Below, one piece after another: positions 33,497-43,822 of a stretch of DNA of 64,000 nucleotides. Location: contig CAWAWS010000047.1 of assembly GCA_963785725.1 (NCBI GenBank), forward strand, positions 64,001 through 128,000, in the 5' to 3' direction. The stretch is from an uncultured delta proteobacterium. GTDB taxonomy: Bacteria; Myxococcota_A; Polyangia; Palsa-1104. The notes beneath the pieces are model-generated. The model was not told where the DNA came from and did not search any database. It worked only from the letters and a program-made list of their open reading frames with translations. The translations under genes and the position numbers were made by a program. The number at the start of each line of letters is the position of its first letter. The stretch's first letter is position 1.

Positions 33497-34761
33497 TCGC
33501 CCACTCGCGCGCGCTCTTCGTCATCGAGCGCGTATGCGTCCATGATCATCTCGTCACGTCGCGCGTCGTCGCCGCGCACCGCTGCCTCCGCGACGGCTCG
33601 CCGCAGCTGCTGCGACGACGACGGGATCGGCAATGCTTCCAAGTGCGAACGCAACACGCGTGGCATCGCATGACGCGCGCGATGCAGCCAGCGCACGCAC
33701 GACGAATTCAGCCACGCTGCCAGAAAATCGAGATCGAGCGCGTCATCTTCGAGGGCAAATGCATTGGCGCTGTTGAGCGTCAGCTGCCCCAACCGATCGA
33801 CCGCCGCAAGCGGATGCGCATGCACGAAGCGATAAACGACTTTGTCGCGATCGTACGCTGTACGAGGCGCCGCCTGCTGTACGCGCTCGAGCGGCACCGC
33901 CAAGCGCCGATTGGGCGGCGCAATGCGCATCGCGGTCACGTCGGTGCCGCCGACGATGGGCTCACCTTTTTCGCCGAGCGCGTGGCGATTGTCGCCGGTC
34001 ACGACGCCCAAGATGAAGCGCACGCGACCACGCAGTCGCTCGGTGGCCGACTCCAGCTTGCGTGCGAGCGTGTGCTCGCGTGCGGACAAGCGCGCGTTGA
34101 TCACGAGCTGATCATCGCGCAGGAACGTCGCTTGCGCCACCGTCCCGTGCGGAGTCGCCGTCATCTGACCGACACGCACATCCGCGTCCAGCTCGCGACG
34201 CGCCACGATCAGCGCCGCCGGCGCGTGTACGCCCGCGAACACGTGACCGAGATGTTGCACGCGCTCGACCGCCGCCCGCTCCAGCAATCGTTGCCGCGCT
34301 TGCCGATGCGCGTCGACTTCGAGCCAAGCTGCCGGGACCAACAGACACAGCCGCCCGCCCGCCGGCAAGAGCGCGAGCGCACAATCGACGAACCGCGTGA
34401 CGGACTCCTGACCGCGCCGAATCGGACCCACGCGACCGGCGCCCCACGGTGGATTGCCGATGACGTAATCGAACGGCCCGCGCGCGCACGTGCCATCCGC
34501 CACTTCAATGGTGGCGGCGTCACCCAAACGTGCCTTTGCGGCCGCGACCGCGACCGGATCGACGTCGGCGCCGTAAAGCCGCGATCCCGGCCAACGACGC
34601 GCGGCTGCCGCCAACCAGGCGCCATCGCCGCAGGCCAAGTCCGCGACAACGCCCCGCGGCGCCGGCAGCGCGGCAAGCGCCGCCTCCACGAGCGCCGCAG
34701 GCGTGTAGTATGCCCCCAGCGCCTTTCGCGCCGCGGATCGGACCGCCGCCTGCTCCGTCAC
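33481..34761 (-). CDS. Orphan amino-DNA methyltransferase (gamma class, TaqI/Eco57I-like)
   Basis: GAYYTP (motif X), DLACGDG (motif I) and IGNPPW (motif IV), then a TRD-like C-terminus (LAAWLNS). Confidence 0.8.
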   Translation of the reverse strand: MTEQAAVRSAARKALGAYYTPAALVEAALAALPAPRGVVADLACGDGAWLAAAARRWPGSRLYGADVDPVAVAAAKARLGDAATIEVADGTCARGPFDYVIGNPPWGAGRVGPIRRGQESVTRFVDCALALLPAGGRLCLLVPAAWLEVDAHRQARQRLLERAAVERVQHLGHVFAGVHAPAALIVARRELDADVRVGQMTATPHGTVAQATFLRDDQLVINARLSAREHTLARKLESATERLRGRVRFILGVVTGDNRHALGEKGEPIVGGTDVTAMRIAPPNRRLAVPLERVQQAAPRTAYDRDKVVYRFVHAHPLAAVDRLGQLTLNSANAFALEDDALDLDFLAAWLNSSCVRWLHRARHAMPRVLRSHLEALPIPSSSQQLRRAVAEAAVRGDDARRDEMIMDAYALDDEERARVGECLRS

Positions 34762-34803
34762 CAGTCGTTCGCTCGCATCGCGACACCCATCATATCAAAG
34801 ACC

Positions 34804-34832
34804 TTGACTCCCAACCGTACGCCGCATATAAG
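34804..34832 (+). promoter_or_regulatory. Sigma70-type promoter of rplM-rpsI
   Basis: TTGACT-N17-TATAAG. Confidence 0.6.
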
Positions 34833-34869
34833 TCCTGGCCTTGTTTCCAAGGTTTTGGGGATCTTCCAC

Positions 34870-35316
34870 ATGAAGACGTTCTCGATGAAGACCGACGCCG
34901 CCATCACCGACCGCCAGTGGCAGGTCGTGGATGTTGCGGGCATGACTCTGGGCCGCGCCGCGACCCAGATTGCTCACGTCCTGCGCGGCAAGCACAAGCC
35001 GACGTACACGCCGCATGTCGATGCGGGCGACTTCGTTGTCGTTCTCAACGCGAACAAGATCGCGCTGACCGGCAAGAAGATGCAGGGCAAGCTCTACTAC
35101 CGTCACAGCTTGCACCCCGGCGGCCTCACGACGTTCACGGCCGAGCAGCTCCTCGCGCGCAAGCCCGAAGAGTTGATCGAGCGCGCGGTGTGGGGCATGT
35201 TGCCGAAGGGTCCGCTCGGCCGCCGAATCTACAAGAAGCTCAAGGTATACGCGGGCGACAAGCATCCTCACGCGGCTCAGACTCCGGTGGAGCTGAAGCT
35301 CCAGCCGGCCCGCTAA
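34870..35316 (+). CDS. rplM: 50S ribosomal protein L13
   Basis: [17 protein letters not shown] and [10 protein letters not shown]; start MKTF at 34870. Confidence 0.98.
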   Translation: MKTFSMKTDAAITDRQWQVVDVAGMTLGRAATQIAHVLRGKHKPTYTPHVDAGDFVVVLNANKIALTGKKMQGKLYYRHSLHPGGLTTFTAEQLLARKPEELIERAVWGMLPKGPLGRRIYKKLKVYAGDKHPHAAQTPVELKLQPAR

Positions 35317-35338
35317 AATAGAGAAGAAGGACTAAGAA

Positions 35339-35740
35339 ATGGTCTCAGTCGACAAGAACGCCTTCTACTCCGTCGGTCGCCGTAAGCAGGCGGTCGCGCG
35401 CGTGTGGATGATGCCCGGCACGGGCAAGATTGCCATCAACCGCCGCGACGTGGACGACTACTTCGGCCGCGCGACGTCTAAGATGATTCTTCGCCAGCCG
35501 CTCGAGCTCACCGAGACGCTCGGCCGCTACGACATCTTCATCAACGTCGCCGGCGGCGGCTTGTCGGGTCAGGCGGACGCCATCCGCCACGGCATCACCC
35601 GCGCGCTGATGAAGATCAACATCTCGTTCCGGCCCGCTCTCAAAAAAGAGGGCTACGTCACCCGCGACCCGCGCATCAAAGAGCGCAAGAAGTACGGTCA
35701 GCGTGGTGCGCGCGCCCGGTTCCAGTTCAGCAAGCGCTAA
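35339..35740 (+). CDS. rpsI: 30S ribosomal protein S9
   Basis: [25 protein letters not shown] and ERKKYG...QFSKR. Confidence 0.98.
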   Translation: MVSVDKNAFYSVGRRKQAVARVWMMPGTGKIAINRRDVDDYFGRATSKMILRQPLELTETLGRYDIFINVAGGGLSGQADAIRHGITRALMKINISFRPALKKEGYVTRDPRIKERKKYGQRGARARFQFSKR

Positions 35741-35743
35741 ACG

Positions 35744-36784
35744 TTGGAACGGCTGCCGGTCGCGGTCGTCGGAGCGTCCGGTTACGCAGGAGCCGAGCTC
35801 GTTCGGCTCCTGCTGCAACACCCTCGCGTTCAGCTTCACGGTCTCTACGCGCAGCGTAAGGCCGGCGAAGAAATCTCCAAAGACTTCCCACAGTTCACGG
35901 GCATTCTTCAGGGACGATATCAGGCGTTCGACGCCGATTCGATCGCCCGCGAGCACGCGGTCGCCTTCTTGGCGCTGCCGCACGGCGAGAGCGCTCGGGC
36001 GGCGCGCGAGCTGCGTGCGCGCGACGTCACGGTGCTCGATCTGTCGGCCGATTTGCGGCTAGGGTCCTCCGAGATCTACGCTGAGTGGTACGGCCAGCAT
36101 GCAGCGCCCGAGCTGCTGCCGCACGCCGTCTACGGCCTGGTCGAGCGTCATCGCCACGAGCTGCCCAACGCGCGCTTGATCGCAGTGCCGGGCTGCTATC
36201 CGACGGCAGCGATCTTGTCCTTGGCGCCGCTGCTCGATGCCAAGCTCATTGCCCCCGAAGGCATCATCGTCGACGCGAAGAGCGGCACGTCGGGCGCCGG
36301 TCGCGAGGCGCAACGATCGACGAACTTTTCGGAAGTCGGCGAAGGCGTGCGCGCTTATAAGGTCGCGGCGCATCGCCACACGCCGGAGATCGAGCAGGAG
36401 CTCGAACGCGCGGCGGGCTGCGCGCTACGGCTGACGTTCACGCCGCACCTCATGCCGATGACGCGCGGCATCCTCGCGACCTGTTATGCGACGCCGACCG
36501 ACCGCGAGCGCCCGGCGCAAGCTTACGCGGATGCGCTGCGTGCGGCGTATGCGAACGAGCCGTTCGTCACGGTCGTCGACCAGCCGCCGGACACGACGCA
36601 TGTGCGCGGCTGCAATCGCGTGCAGGTCGGCGCTTGGTATGACGCGCGCGCCGGCCGCGTCATCGTCTGCGGCGTCATCGACAACCTCGTCAAAGGCGCG
36701 GCGGGGCAGGCGCTGCAGTGCTTGAACGTCATGCGCGGCTGGCCCGAAACGACGGGCCTCGAAGCCACCGCAATCTTCCCGTAA
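35744..36784 (+). CDS. argC: N-acetyl-gamma-glutamyl-phosphate reductase
   Basis: GASGYAG, PGCYPT, SGTSGAG, HRHTPEI and DNLVKGAAGQA; TTG start uncertain. Confidence 0.96.
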   Translation: MERLPVAVVGASGYAGAELVRLLLQHPRVQLHGLYAQRKAGEEISKDFPQFTGILQGRYQAFDADSIAREHAVAFLALPHGESARAARELRARDVTVLDLSADLRLGSSEIYAEWYGQHAAPELLPHAVYGLVERHRHELPNARLIAVPGCYPTAAILSLAPLLDAKLIAPEGIIVDAKSGTSGAGREAQRSTNFSEVGEGVRAYKVAAHRHTPEIEQELERAAGCALRLTFTPHLMPMTRGILATCYATPTDRERPAQAYADALRAAYANEPFVTVVDQPPDTTHVRGCNRVQVGAWYDARAGRVIVCGVIDNLVKGAAGQALQCLNVMRGWPETTGLEATAIFP

Positions 36785-36943
36785 GTCGCGCCAGATCACG
36801 CACAGCTCGATCGCTTCCGATGGCATTCTGTCGACCGCGTTAGACGCTCGTTCCAGCCGCGGTAGTCGGCGGATTCGTGACGCATCAGCCACGTCAGCAA
36901 CTATTGACATTCTAGTCATTACGAATAATTAGACAGCATTCCT

Positions 36944-37135
36944 GATTCGAGATTATGACGCACTTGCGCGTTCGAATCGGATCCGTCGCGATCCTTGCGA
37001 GCGCTGAGCCCCTGGGTCATCGGTACGGTCGGTCAAGCTCGGGGCGACACGGGATCTTCAACGTGCAACGGCGGCAAACTGCGAACGTGCGACGCTCGTC
37101 CAGCGACCCATCCGTCGCCGTCAGCGCTCGGGAGG
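36944..37135. other. Candidate structured non-coding element
   Basis: Nested inverted repeats in a 374-bp intergenic gap (see findings); no known RNA family recognised. Confidence 0.3.
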
Positions 37136-37158
37136 CGGCTGCCGTGTAAGATGGGATT

Positions 37159-38580
37159 GTGGCGCGCCGCGTGCCGATTCTCGCCAAGCTGCTGGGCGCA
37201 TATCTCGTGCCCGCGCTGGCGACATTTGCTGGCTTCGGCCTTGTCGCCCACTACGTCGCGCGTCGCGCGCTCGAAGACGAGCTCGGCCGACGACTGTCCG
37301 CCGTCGCCGCCGCCACCGCCGCGCAGCTCGCCGACGAAAACCTCACCCTACTCTCGCCCGGCGACGAACAGACGCGCACCTACCGCAACGTGCAGCGGCG
37401 CCTACGCGAGCTCGCGTCCGCGACCGGTGCTGCGCGTATCTACGTCTTCGCCGCCGATCGCACTTCGCGCTGCGACACGCGCGACGACATCGCCATCGGC
37501 GATCGCTACTACGCGCTCGACGGATCGCAGTCCGAGCTGCGCCAGGTCTTCGCCGGCAACGCCGCGTCGTCCGTCCTCTTCCGCGGCCGTGACGGCGCAT
37601 TGTACAAATCGGGCTTCGCCCCGCTGCGCGGCGACGCGTCGACGATCCCGTTCGCGGTCGGGGTCGATGGCGCGGCGTCGCTGTACGCGCAGCTAGCCGG
37701 CTTTCGCCGCACGTTGGTCGCGCTCGGATTGGCGGGCACGCTGGTCATGGTGTTGCTCTCGATCTTGGTCGCGCGCCGACTCGTGCGACCCGTGCGACGG
37801 CTGGCGCGCGCCGCCGAACGCATCGGCGGCGGCGATCTCGATGAGCCCGTGGCAGCGACGTCGCGCGATGAAATCGGCCTCTTCGCCGATACGATGGAGC
37901 AGATGCGCCAACAGCTGCGCGCCCGCGATGAGCGCATGCAGATGATGCTGGCCGGGATCGCTCACGAGGTGCGTAATCCGCTCGGCGGCGTCGAGCTGTA
38001 CGCGGGACTCTTGCGTGAAGATCTCGCCGGCGACAGCGAGAAGCTGCAACACGTCGCGCGCATCGAGCGTGAGCTCGGCCGATTGGCGACGATCGTGAAC
38101 GACTTCCTCGAATATGCGCGCCGTCCCAAGCCGAGCTTCGCGCCCTGCAACATCGCGGAGCTGCTGGCTGAAGTGCGCGACCTGGCGCTCGCGAGCGCGC
38201 AGCCGCGTCATGTCGCGGTTGAGCTCGCAGCCGAGCCTGCGCGCGTCGCCGGCGACGAAGGCCAGCTGCGGCGCGCGCTCGTGAACCTCGCGCAAAATGC
38301 CGTTCAAGCCTGCCCCGAAGACGGCAGCGGCCGCGTTACCCTCGGCTGCGCGCACGCCGGCGGCGAGATCGTGATCACCGTCCGAGACACCGGCAGCGGC
38401 ATCGACGCCGAGACCCTCGCGCGCATCTGGACGCCGTTCTATACGACCAAACAGAGCGGCACCGGGCTCGGCCTCGCCTTCGTCCGCGACATCGCCAGCG
38501 ATCACGGTGCGCGACTTGCAGTCGAGAGCGATCCCGGGCGCGGCACCACGTTCACCCTCGCCCTGCCGGAGGCTTCGTAG
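37159..38580 (+). CDS. HAMP sensor histidine kinase
   Basis: Two TMs, [24 protein letters not shown] and GTGLGL, all canonical. Confidence 0.94.
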   Translation: MARRVPILAKLLGAYLVPALATFAGFGLVAHYVARRALEDELGRRLSAVAAATAAQLADENLTLLSPGDEQTRTYRNVQRRLRELASATGAARIYVFAADRTSRCDTRDDIAIGDRYYALDGSQSELRQVFAGNAASSVLFRGRDGALYKSGFAPLRGDASTIPFAVGVDGAASLYAQLAGFRRTLVALGLAGTLVMVLLSILVARRLVRPVRRLARAAERIGGGDLDEPVAATSRDEIGLFADTMEQMRQQLRARDERMQMMLAGIAHEVRNPLGGVELYAGLLREDLAGDSEKLQHVARIERELGRLATIVNDFLEYARRPKPSFAPCNIAELLAEVRDLALASAQPRHVAVELAAEPARVAGDEGQLRRALVNLAQNAVQACPEDGSGRVTLGCAHAGGEIVITVRDTGSGIDAETLARIWTPFYTTKQSGTGLGLAFVRDIASDHGARLAVESDPGRGTTFTLALPEAS

Positions 38581-39977
38581 TGGCGACTATCCTCATCATC
38601 GACGACAACGAGACGATTCGCGAAGGCTTGGCGCACATCGTCAAGAAGATGGGCCATTTGACGCTCGCCGCGCGTAGCGGAAAAGAGGGCGTCGAGCGCT
38701 TCAAGCAGACGCCGGCCGACTTCGTCATCACCGATCTGAAGATGGACGGAATCGACGGCGTCGACGTCTTGCGCGCGGTGCGCGAGATCGATCCAGATTG
38801 CCCGGCGATGATCATCACGGCATTCGGCACGATCGAAACCGCCGTCGAAGCGATGAAGTTGGGCGCCTTCGACTTTCTCATCAAACCGTTCGCGCCCGAA
38901 GTCGTGCGCCTCAAAGTCGAACGCGCGCTCGAGCTGCGCAACGCCCGGCGCGCCAAAGGTCGTCTCGAAGCCGAGAACGCCTATTTGCGCGGCGAAGAGT
39001 CGCTGCGTCTCGGCGAAATCGTCGGCGGATCGGAGCCGATGCGACGCGTCTTCGGCATCGTCGAGCGCGTCGCGCCCACCGATACGTCGGTCGCGGTCTA
39101 TGGCGAATCGGGCACCGGCAAGGAGCTCGTCGCGCGCGCCATCCACCAGCGCTCGCGCCGCGCACAAGGACCGTTCATCAAGGTCAACTGCGGCGCGCTC
39201 GTCGAGACCTTGCTCGAATCGGAGCTGTTCGGTCACGAGAAGGGCGCATTCACCGGCGCCATCAAGCGCAAGCTCGGACGCTTCGAGCTCGCCGACGGCG
39301 GCACCCTCTTCCTCGACGAAATCGGTGACGTTTCGCCGGCGATGCAGACCAAGCTGTTGCGCGTGCTGCAAGAGCGCGACTTCGAGCGCGTCGGCGGCGA
39401 GACGAGCATCAAAGTCGACGTCCGCGTCATTTCCGCGACGAACAAAGATCTGACACGCGAAGTGGCCGAAGGTCGTTTCCGCGAAGATCTCTATTATCGG
39501 CTGCAGGTCGTTCCTATCGTGATCGCGCCGCTGCGCGAACGAAAGAGCGACATTCCGCTGTTGGTCGAGCACTTCATTCGCCGACTGGCGCCGAAGACGA
39601 ATCCGATGATCACGGCGATCGACGACACCGCCATGGCGCGGCTACTCGCGTATCGTTGGCCGGGGAACGTGCGCGAGCTCGAGAACGTCATCGAGCAGGC
39701 GCTGGTATTCTCGGATGGCGATCGCATCGTCTCCGACGCGCTGCCAGCGGCCGTGCGCGGCGAAACGGCGACCCACGACGCGCATCCGCAAACAGCCGAT
39801 CGACTGCCGCTGCCTGCGGGAACGATGGCGCTGCCGGACCTGCTCGATGATCTCGAACGACAGCTCATCTTGAAGGCGTACACGCAGGCCAAAGGCGTCA
39901 AGACCGAGACGGCGCGGCTGCTCGGTATCAAGACGAGCGCGCTCTACTACAAGTTGGAAAAGTACGGGATCGGCTGA
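38580..39977 (+). CDS. Sigma54-dependent response regulator (NtrC family)
   Basis: REC (IIDD, TDLKM, KPF), [24 protein letters not shown] and Fis-type HTH. Confidence 0.97.
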   Translation: MATILIIDDNETIREGLAHIVKKMGHLTLAARSGKEGVERFKQTPADFVITDLKMDGIDGVDVLRAVREIDPDCPAMIITAFGTIETAVEAMKLGAFDFLIKPFAPEVVRLKVERALELRNARRAKGRLEAENAYLRGEESLRLGEIVGGSEPMRRVFGIVERVAPTDTSVAVYGESGTGKELVARAIHQRSRRAQGPFIKVNCGALVETLLESELFGHEKGAFTGAIKRKLGRFELADGGTLFLDEIGDVSPAMQTKLLRVLQERDFERVGGETSIKVDVRVISATNKDLTREVAEGRFREDLYYRLQVVPIVIAPLRERKSDIPLLVEHFIRRLAPKTNPMITAIDDTAMARLLAYRWPGNVRELENVIEQALVFSDGDRIVSDALPAAVRGETATHDAHPQTADRLPLPAGTMALPDLLDDLERQLILKAYTQAKGVKTETARLLGIKTSALYYKLEKYGIG

Positions 39978-40040
39978 GAGCACCTCGAAAAACTGAGGGG
40001 TACGAGACGTAAGTGTCGCGATTGCCAAGCACTTGGCGCG

Positions 40041-40056
40041 CGGCATGCCGGTTGCG
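40041..40056 (+). promoter_or_regulatory. Candidate sigma54 (-24/-12) promoter
   Basis: CGGCATG-CCGG-TTGCG with GG-N10-GC spacing, directly downstream of the NtrC-family gene. Confidence 0.5.
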
Positions 40057-40072
40057 TATGCTAATGCCCGAG

Positions 40073-41137
40073 ATGCGGCTTGCAGGAGCGTTGTTCGTGC
40101 TGCTCGCGGCGACAACGCCGGCGCGCGCCGACGTGTGGGCCGACCTCGCCGCCACCGAACGCGCGATCGGACAGCTCGACAGCGCACGCGCGCAAGTCGA
40201 AGGCCGTCGTCGCGAGCTCGAGCAGCAGAGCCGGGAGCTGGCCGCGCAGATCGAAGCCACGAAAGCCGAGCCGGCCGGCGTTCGTCGCGACCTGAAGCTG
40301 CAAGAGCTGCTGGCCGGGCAACGCGCCAAAAGTGACGAGCTCGAGCACCTGACGTCCGACCTGCGCGGCCGAGTGTCGCTGCTGGCCGGCGCCCGCCGTA
40401 AGCTGTTGGCCGATTGCGATCGCGCGCTCTCGCTGCCGCTGCCGGAAGCAAAGCGGCTCGAGCTCTCGCGACTGCGCACGGCGCAGGCGACTTCGCTGGC
40501 GCAAACCGATCGTCCGCTCGGCGTGGCGCGGCCGACCGCCGATCCACTCGACGGACCGCGTGAGCTGCAAGACAAAGCGGACCTCTTACGCGACTCGGGC
40601 GACAAGCTGCGCCACGAAGTGCAGCGCTTGGCGCAGCGCATCGACAACGTCGAGCGGCGTCGTCATCTGCGCGAGCGAGCGGGCGCGATCGATGAGGATC
40701 TGTTCGGCGAGTCGGTGTCCAATCGTCATTCGGCGCGCATCACGTCGTTGAACAACAGCACGTTTTCGCCGACGGCCGGAGCGACGGGCGGAGCCGCCGG
40801 CGCGGGTGGGAGCAGCGGCGGCTCGGCGCCGACCGGCGGCGGCGCCGGCGCCGCACCCACCGGCGGCGGCACGAACAGCGGCTTCGGGAACGCGCCGACC
40901 TCGCCCGGCTCGACGAACAATACGGCGCCGCCGAACGACACGACATTGGCGCTGCGCAATCTCGTCGATCCGGCGACGCTCGATGAGTTGCGCCGGGCGG
41001 ATAGCGGCGACGATCTCGAGCGCCAGCTGCGGGCGCTGCGTCGTGCGCAGGGCGAGCTCGACGGTCTGGCCAAGGAGCTCGACCGGCGCGCGCACGATCT
41101 GTCGACGCGAGCTGACGAGCTGAGGCACAAGAAGTAG
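40073..41137 (+). CDS. Hypothetical exported coiled-coil protein with Gly/Thr-rich internal linker
   Basis: Signal peptide MRLAGALFVLLAATTPARA and long heptad segments; start could be 40058 or 40064. Confidence 0.75.
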   Translation: MRLAGALFVLLAATTPARADVWADLAATERAIGQLDSARAQVEGRRRELEQQSRELAAQIEATKAEPAGVRRDLKLQELLAGQRAKSDELEHLTSDLRGRVSLLAGARRKLLADCDRALSLPLPEAKRLELSRLRTAQATSLAQTDRPLGVARPTADPLDGPRELQDKADLLRDSGDKLRHEVQRLAQRIDNVERRRHLRERAGAIDEDLFGESVSNRHSARITSLNNSTFSPTAGATGGAAGAGGSSGGSAPTGGGAGAAPTGGGTNSGFGNAPTSPGSTNNTAPPNDTTLALRNLVDPATLDELRRADSGDDLERQLRALRRAQGELDGLAKELDRRAHDLSTRADELRHKK

Positions 41138-41149
41138 TAAGATCGGCGC

Positions 41150-42253
41150 GTGCACGGTCTCGTCGCGCTGGCGGTAGTGCGGTTCGGCCTGCAGCTATCG
41201 CTCGGCCCCGAGTACGACAGCAACGCCAACCGCGCGGAAGTCGTCGCCAATGTCGCGTCGCCCGATCAAGCAACGGGCAGCTTCCTGTTGCGCTCGACAG
41301 CGTCCGGTCAGCTCGCCTGGCGCAGCGGCGGCAACTTGTTCCGCGCTACCGCTGGAGTCGGCGGCAAGGTCTTCTTCAATCCCGCGGTCGCCGATCAGGA
41401 TGTGTTCGTCGTGCAAGCGGCGGCCGAAGATCGCGTGCGCGTGACGCGCTTTTTGCACCTCGCGCTCAACAGCGACTACTACGATGCCTGGCAGCGTCCG
41501 ATCGAGCCCTATCGCCACCGCGACTTCCGCAGCGGCTCCGCCGTCGCGCGCGTCTACTTCGTCGATCGAATCGGCGAAGTGCAGCTCTCGGGCGGTTACC
41601 GCGGCTTTCAGTACAAACCCGATCCCGAGTCCGACTTCGAAGCAGCGCAAGCGAGCGCCAATGTCATCACGCGTGAGCACTTCGGGCGCAACGCCGACCA
41701 CGAGCTCGACATCTTCGCCAGCTACCACTTCGAGCACCGCGACTTCGCAGGCGTCTCGCAATACAACCAGTGTCCGCTCGGCGCACCGATCACCGACAGC
41801 TGCCTGCTTCCCGGTCGCCGCCGCCGCGACACGTTCGAAGAGGGCGGCATCGAGCTGACCTACGTCGGTCCACTGCTCGTCGGACTCGGTTACGGCGCGC
41901 AGATCAACACCTCGAACAGCTTCGGCCAGTCGCTGCTGCGCAACATGCTGACCTTGAAGCTCGCCATTCGATTGCCGTTCAGCCTGTACGCGACGTTGAA
42001 AGCGCAGCTGTACATCACCAAGTATCTCGATCCGGTGCTGCTCGATCACATCTTCAACTCGCAGACGTTCGTCACCATCGACGACGAGAATCGCAACGCC
42101 GTGCTGATCGATCTAGAGCGTCCGATCGCGTCAATCGGGCTGTCGGTCAACGCGCGCTATTCGGTGTACACGAACGAGCTGTCGTCCTCGAACGACTCCT
42201 TCTTTCGGCAAGTGATCTACCTCGGGTTGACCTATCGCGCGGGTGCGCGTTAA
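41150..42253 (+). CDS. Hypothetical outer membrane beta-barrel protein
   Basis: Alternating aromatic/hydrophobic strands, GPEYDSNA near the N-terminus and a terminal strand VIYLGLTYR. Confidence 0.7.
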   Translation: MHGLVALAVVRFGLQLSLGPEYDSNANRAEVVANVASPDQATGSFLLRSTASGQLAWRSGGNLFRATAGVGGKVFFNPAVADQDVFVVQAAAEDRVRVTRFLHLALNSDYYDAWQRPIEPYRHRDFRSGSAVARVYFVDRIGEVQLSGGYRGFQYKPDPESDFEAAQASANVITREHFGRNADHELDIFASYHFEHRDFAGVSQYNQCPLGAPITDSCLLPGRRRRDTFEEGGIELTYVGPLLVGLGYGAQINTSNSFGQSLLRNMLTLKLAIRLPFSLYATLKAQLYITKYLDPVLLDHIFNSQTFVTIDDENRNAVLIDLERPIASIGLSVNARYSVYTNELSSSNDSFFRQVIYLGLTYRAGAR

Positions 42254-42261
42254 ATCGACGC

Positions 42262-42918
42262 GTGGCGCTGCGCAACGCGTACGACGCGCTGAGCGAAGAC
42301 GAGCTCGTACAAGCCGTGCTCGCGCGCGAGCCGGCTGCGTGGCCAACGTTTTTCGCGCGCTACGAGCGACTGGTCATCAGCTGCGTGCGCAAAGTGCTGA
42401 TTCGTTGGGGCGCGTCCTTCAACGAAGAGGACCTGGAAGATCTCGTTTCGGCGACGGCCCTGAACATCGTCAAAGACGACTACAAGAAGCTGCGCGCGTT
42501 CGATCCCAAACGCGGCTACAAGTTGTCGAGCTGGATCGGGCTCATCGCCACCAACAGCGCGCATGACTCCTTGCGCCGGCGCGCGCCGACCGAGGTCTGG
42601 TCCGCAGTCGCGCTCGATGACACGGCCCCGATCGCGCTCGAGAGCGAGGATGCGCTGGCATCCGATCGGCTCGAAGCGCAGGACGAAGCGCGCGAGCTCA
42701 ACGCCGCGATCGCCGAGCTGTCGCCTGCGGAACGGCTGTTCGTCAGCTACTACTACATGCAGGAGCTCGACCCCGAAGTCATCGCGCAGCTGATGTCGAT
42801 TTCGATCAATACGGTCTACAGCCGCAAGAATAAGATTCGCGAGAAGCTGCGCGCAATCGTGAGCAGAAACCAATCCGGTGCCGGTCGCGTCCGGAAGGGC
42901 GACGCGCCGCACGCGTAG
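42262..42918 (+). CDS. ECF-type RNA polymerase sigma factor
   Basis: SEDELVQAV, EDLEDLV, LSSWIGLIATN (region 2) and IAQLMSISINTVYSR (region 4); GTG 42262. Confidence 0.9.
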   Translation: MALRNAYDALSEDELVQAVLAREPAAWPTFFARYERLVISCVRKVLIRWGASFNEEDLEDLVSATALNIVKDDYKKLRAFDPKRGYKLSSWIGLIATNSAHDSLRRRAPTEVWSAVALDDTAPIALESEDALASDRLEAQDEARELNAAIAELSPAERLFVSYYYMQELDPEVIAQLMSISINTVYSRKNKIREKLRAIVSRNQSGAGRVRKGDAPHA

Positions 42919-42930
42919 CACGAGAGTGAA

Positions 42931-43648
42931 ATGGCTGACGACGAACACGCGCAAAGAGACGAGCTGGACGCGGCGCTGAGCGCGCACGTGCGTGCCGGCC
43001 GTCCTGCGCTGGGCGAGCCGAGCGCGAACGCGCCGTCCGACGACGAGATCCTGCGCTACGTCGACGGCGTGATGAATGACGCGGAGCGAACGGCCTTCGA
43101 AGCGTGCCTGAGCGACCAGCCGGATGTCATCGATCGTGTCGTCGTCGTCGCCAGCGCGCTCGCCGAAACCGGTTATGCAGCCTCAGAAGCCGACACAAGA
43201 CGTCGGAGCGCGCGCGGCACGTTTCGTCTTCCAGCTGTCGCGCGGCGCGCTCGCCTTCTTGCGCGGCAGCTCGCTGCCACTTTCGATCGAGCCCGCGCTC
43301 GCTGTTCGTTCGCAGGCGCCGTCGGAGCCGCCCCGATTCTTCGAGGTCGTGACACACCTTGCGTCCGACAGCGGTGAGGCCGGCACCGTCGAAGCACGCC
43401 TCGCCATCGAAGCGACCCAAGACGAAGCCGTCGACGTCCAGATCGCCATTACGCGACAAGGCGCCCCGCTCGACGGCGTACGCGTCAAGCTCCTGCGCGA
43501 CGGCCGGCCCATCGACTCGTCGCCCACCGATCATGGCCGCTGCACCTTTACCGCGTTGCGCGCCGCCCACTATGAGCTCGAGATCCGCAAAGGCGGCACC
43601 GAAGTCGGCCGCCTGACGCTCGACATCCGCGACGACCGCACCGTCTGA
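42931..43648 (+). CDS. Putative soluble anti-sigma factor with C-terminal beta-sandwich; one apparent +1 frameshift near 43170-43200
   Basis: ILRYVDGVMNDAERTAFEACL resembles an anti-sigma N-terminal domain. It continues in the 43124..43648 frame into a carboxypeptidase-regulatory-like segment (PLDGVRVKLL...TDHGRCTF...YELEI). Confidence 0.65.
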
Positions 43649-43772
43649 GTCGCAACGCCCGGGGTGGGGAGCCCCTAGCATCCTGGGGTGTAGGCACCGC
43701 ATCCTTGCTTACTTTGCGGTCATTCAACCCGTTTAATTATCGGCAATTGCGGCGACACCTCGAGTGTACCGA

Positions 43773-43789
43773 TTGGCACGACACATGCT
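43773..43789 (+). promoter_or_regulatory. Sigma54 (-24/-12) promoter
   Basis: TTGGCACG-ACAC-ATGCT with GG-N10-GC spacing, 33 nt before ATG 43823, preceded by an AT-rich tract. Confidence 0.7.
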
Positions 43790-43822
43790 CATTCGGACCT
43801 GCAAATGAGGCCCGAGGCTCAC

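Noticed and set aside
33481..34761. Restriction-modification or BREX defence island
   Set aside because: No endonuclease, specificity subunit or other defence genes nearby; the flanks are housekeeping genes.
33643..34869. 557-aa ORF suggesting a large fusion to ribosomal protein L13
   Set aside because: The extension is antisense to the methyltransferase and spans the rplM promoter; L13 starts at 34870.
36955..37149. 64-aa ORF upstream of the sensor kinase
   Set aside because: No SD, no recognisable motif and atypical codon usage; the region is better explained as structured non-coding sequence.
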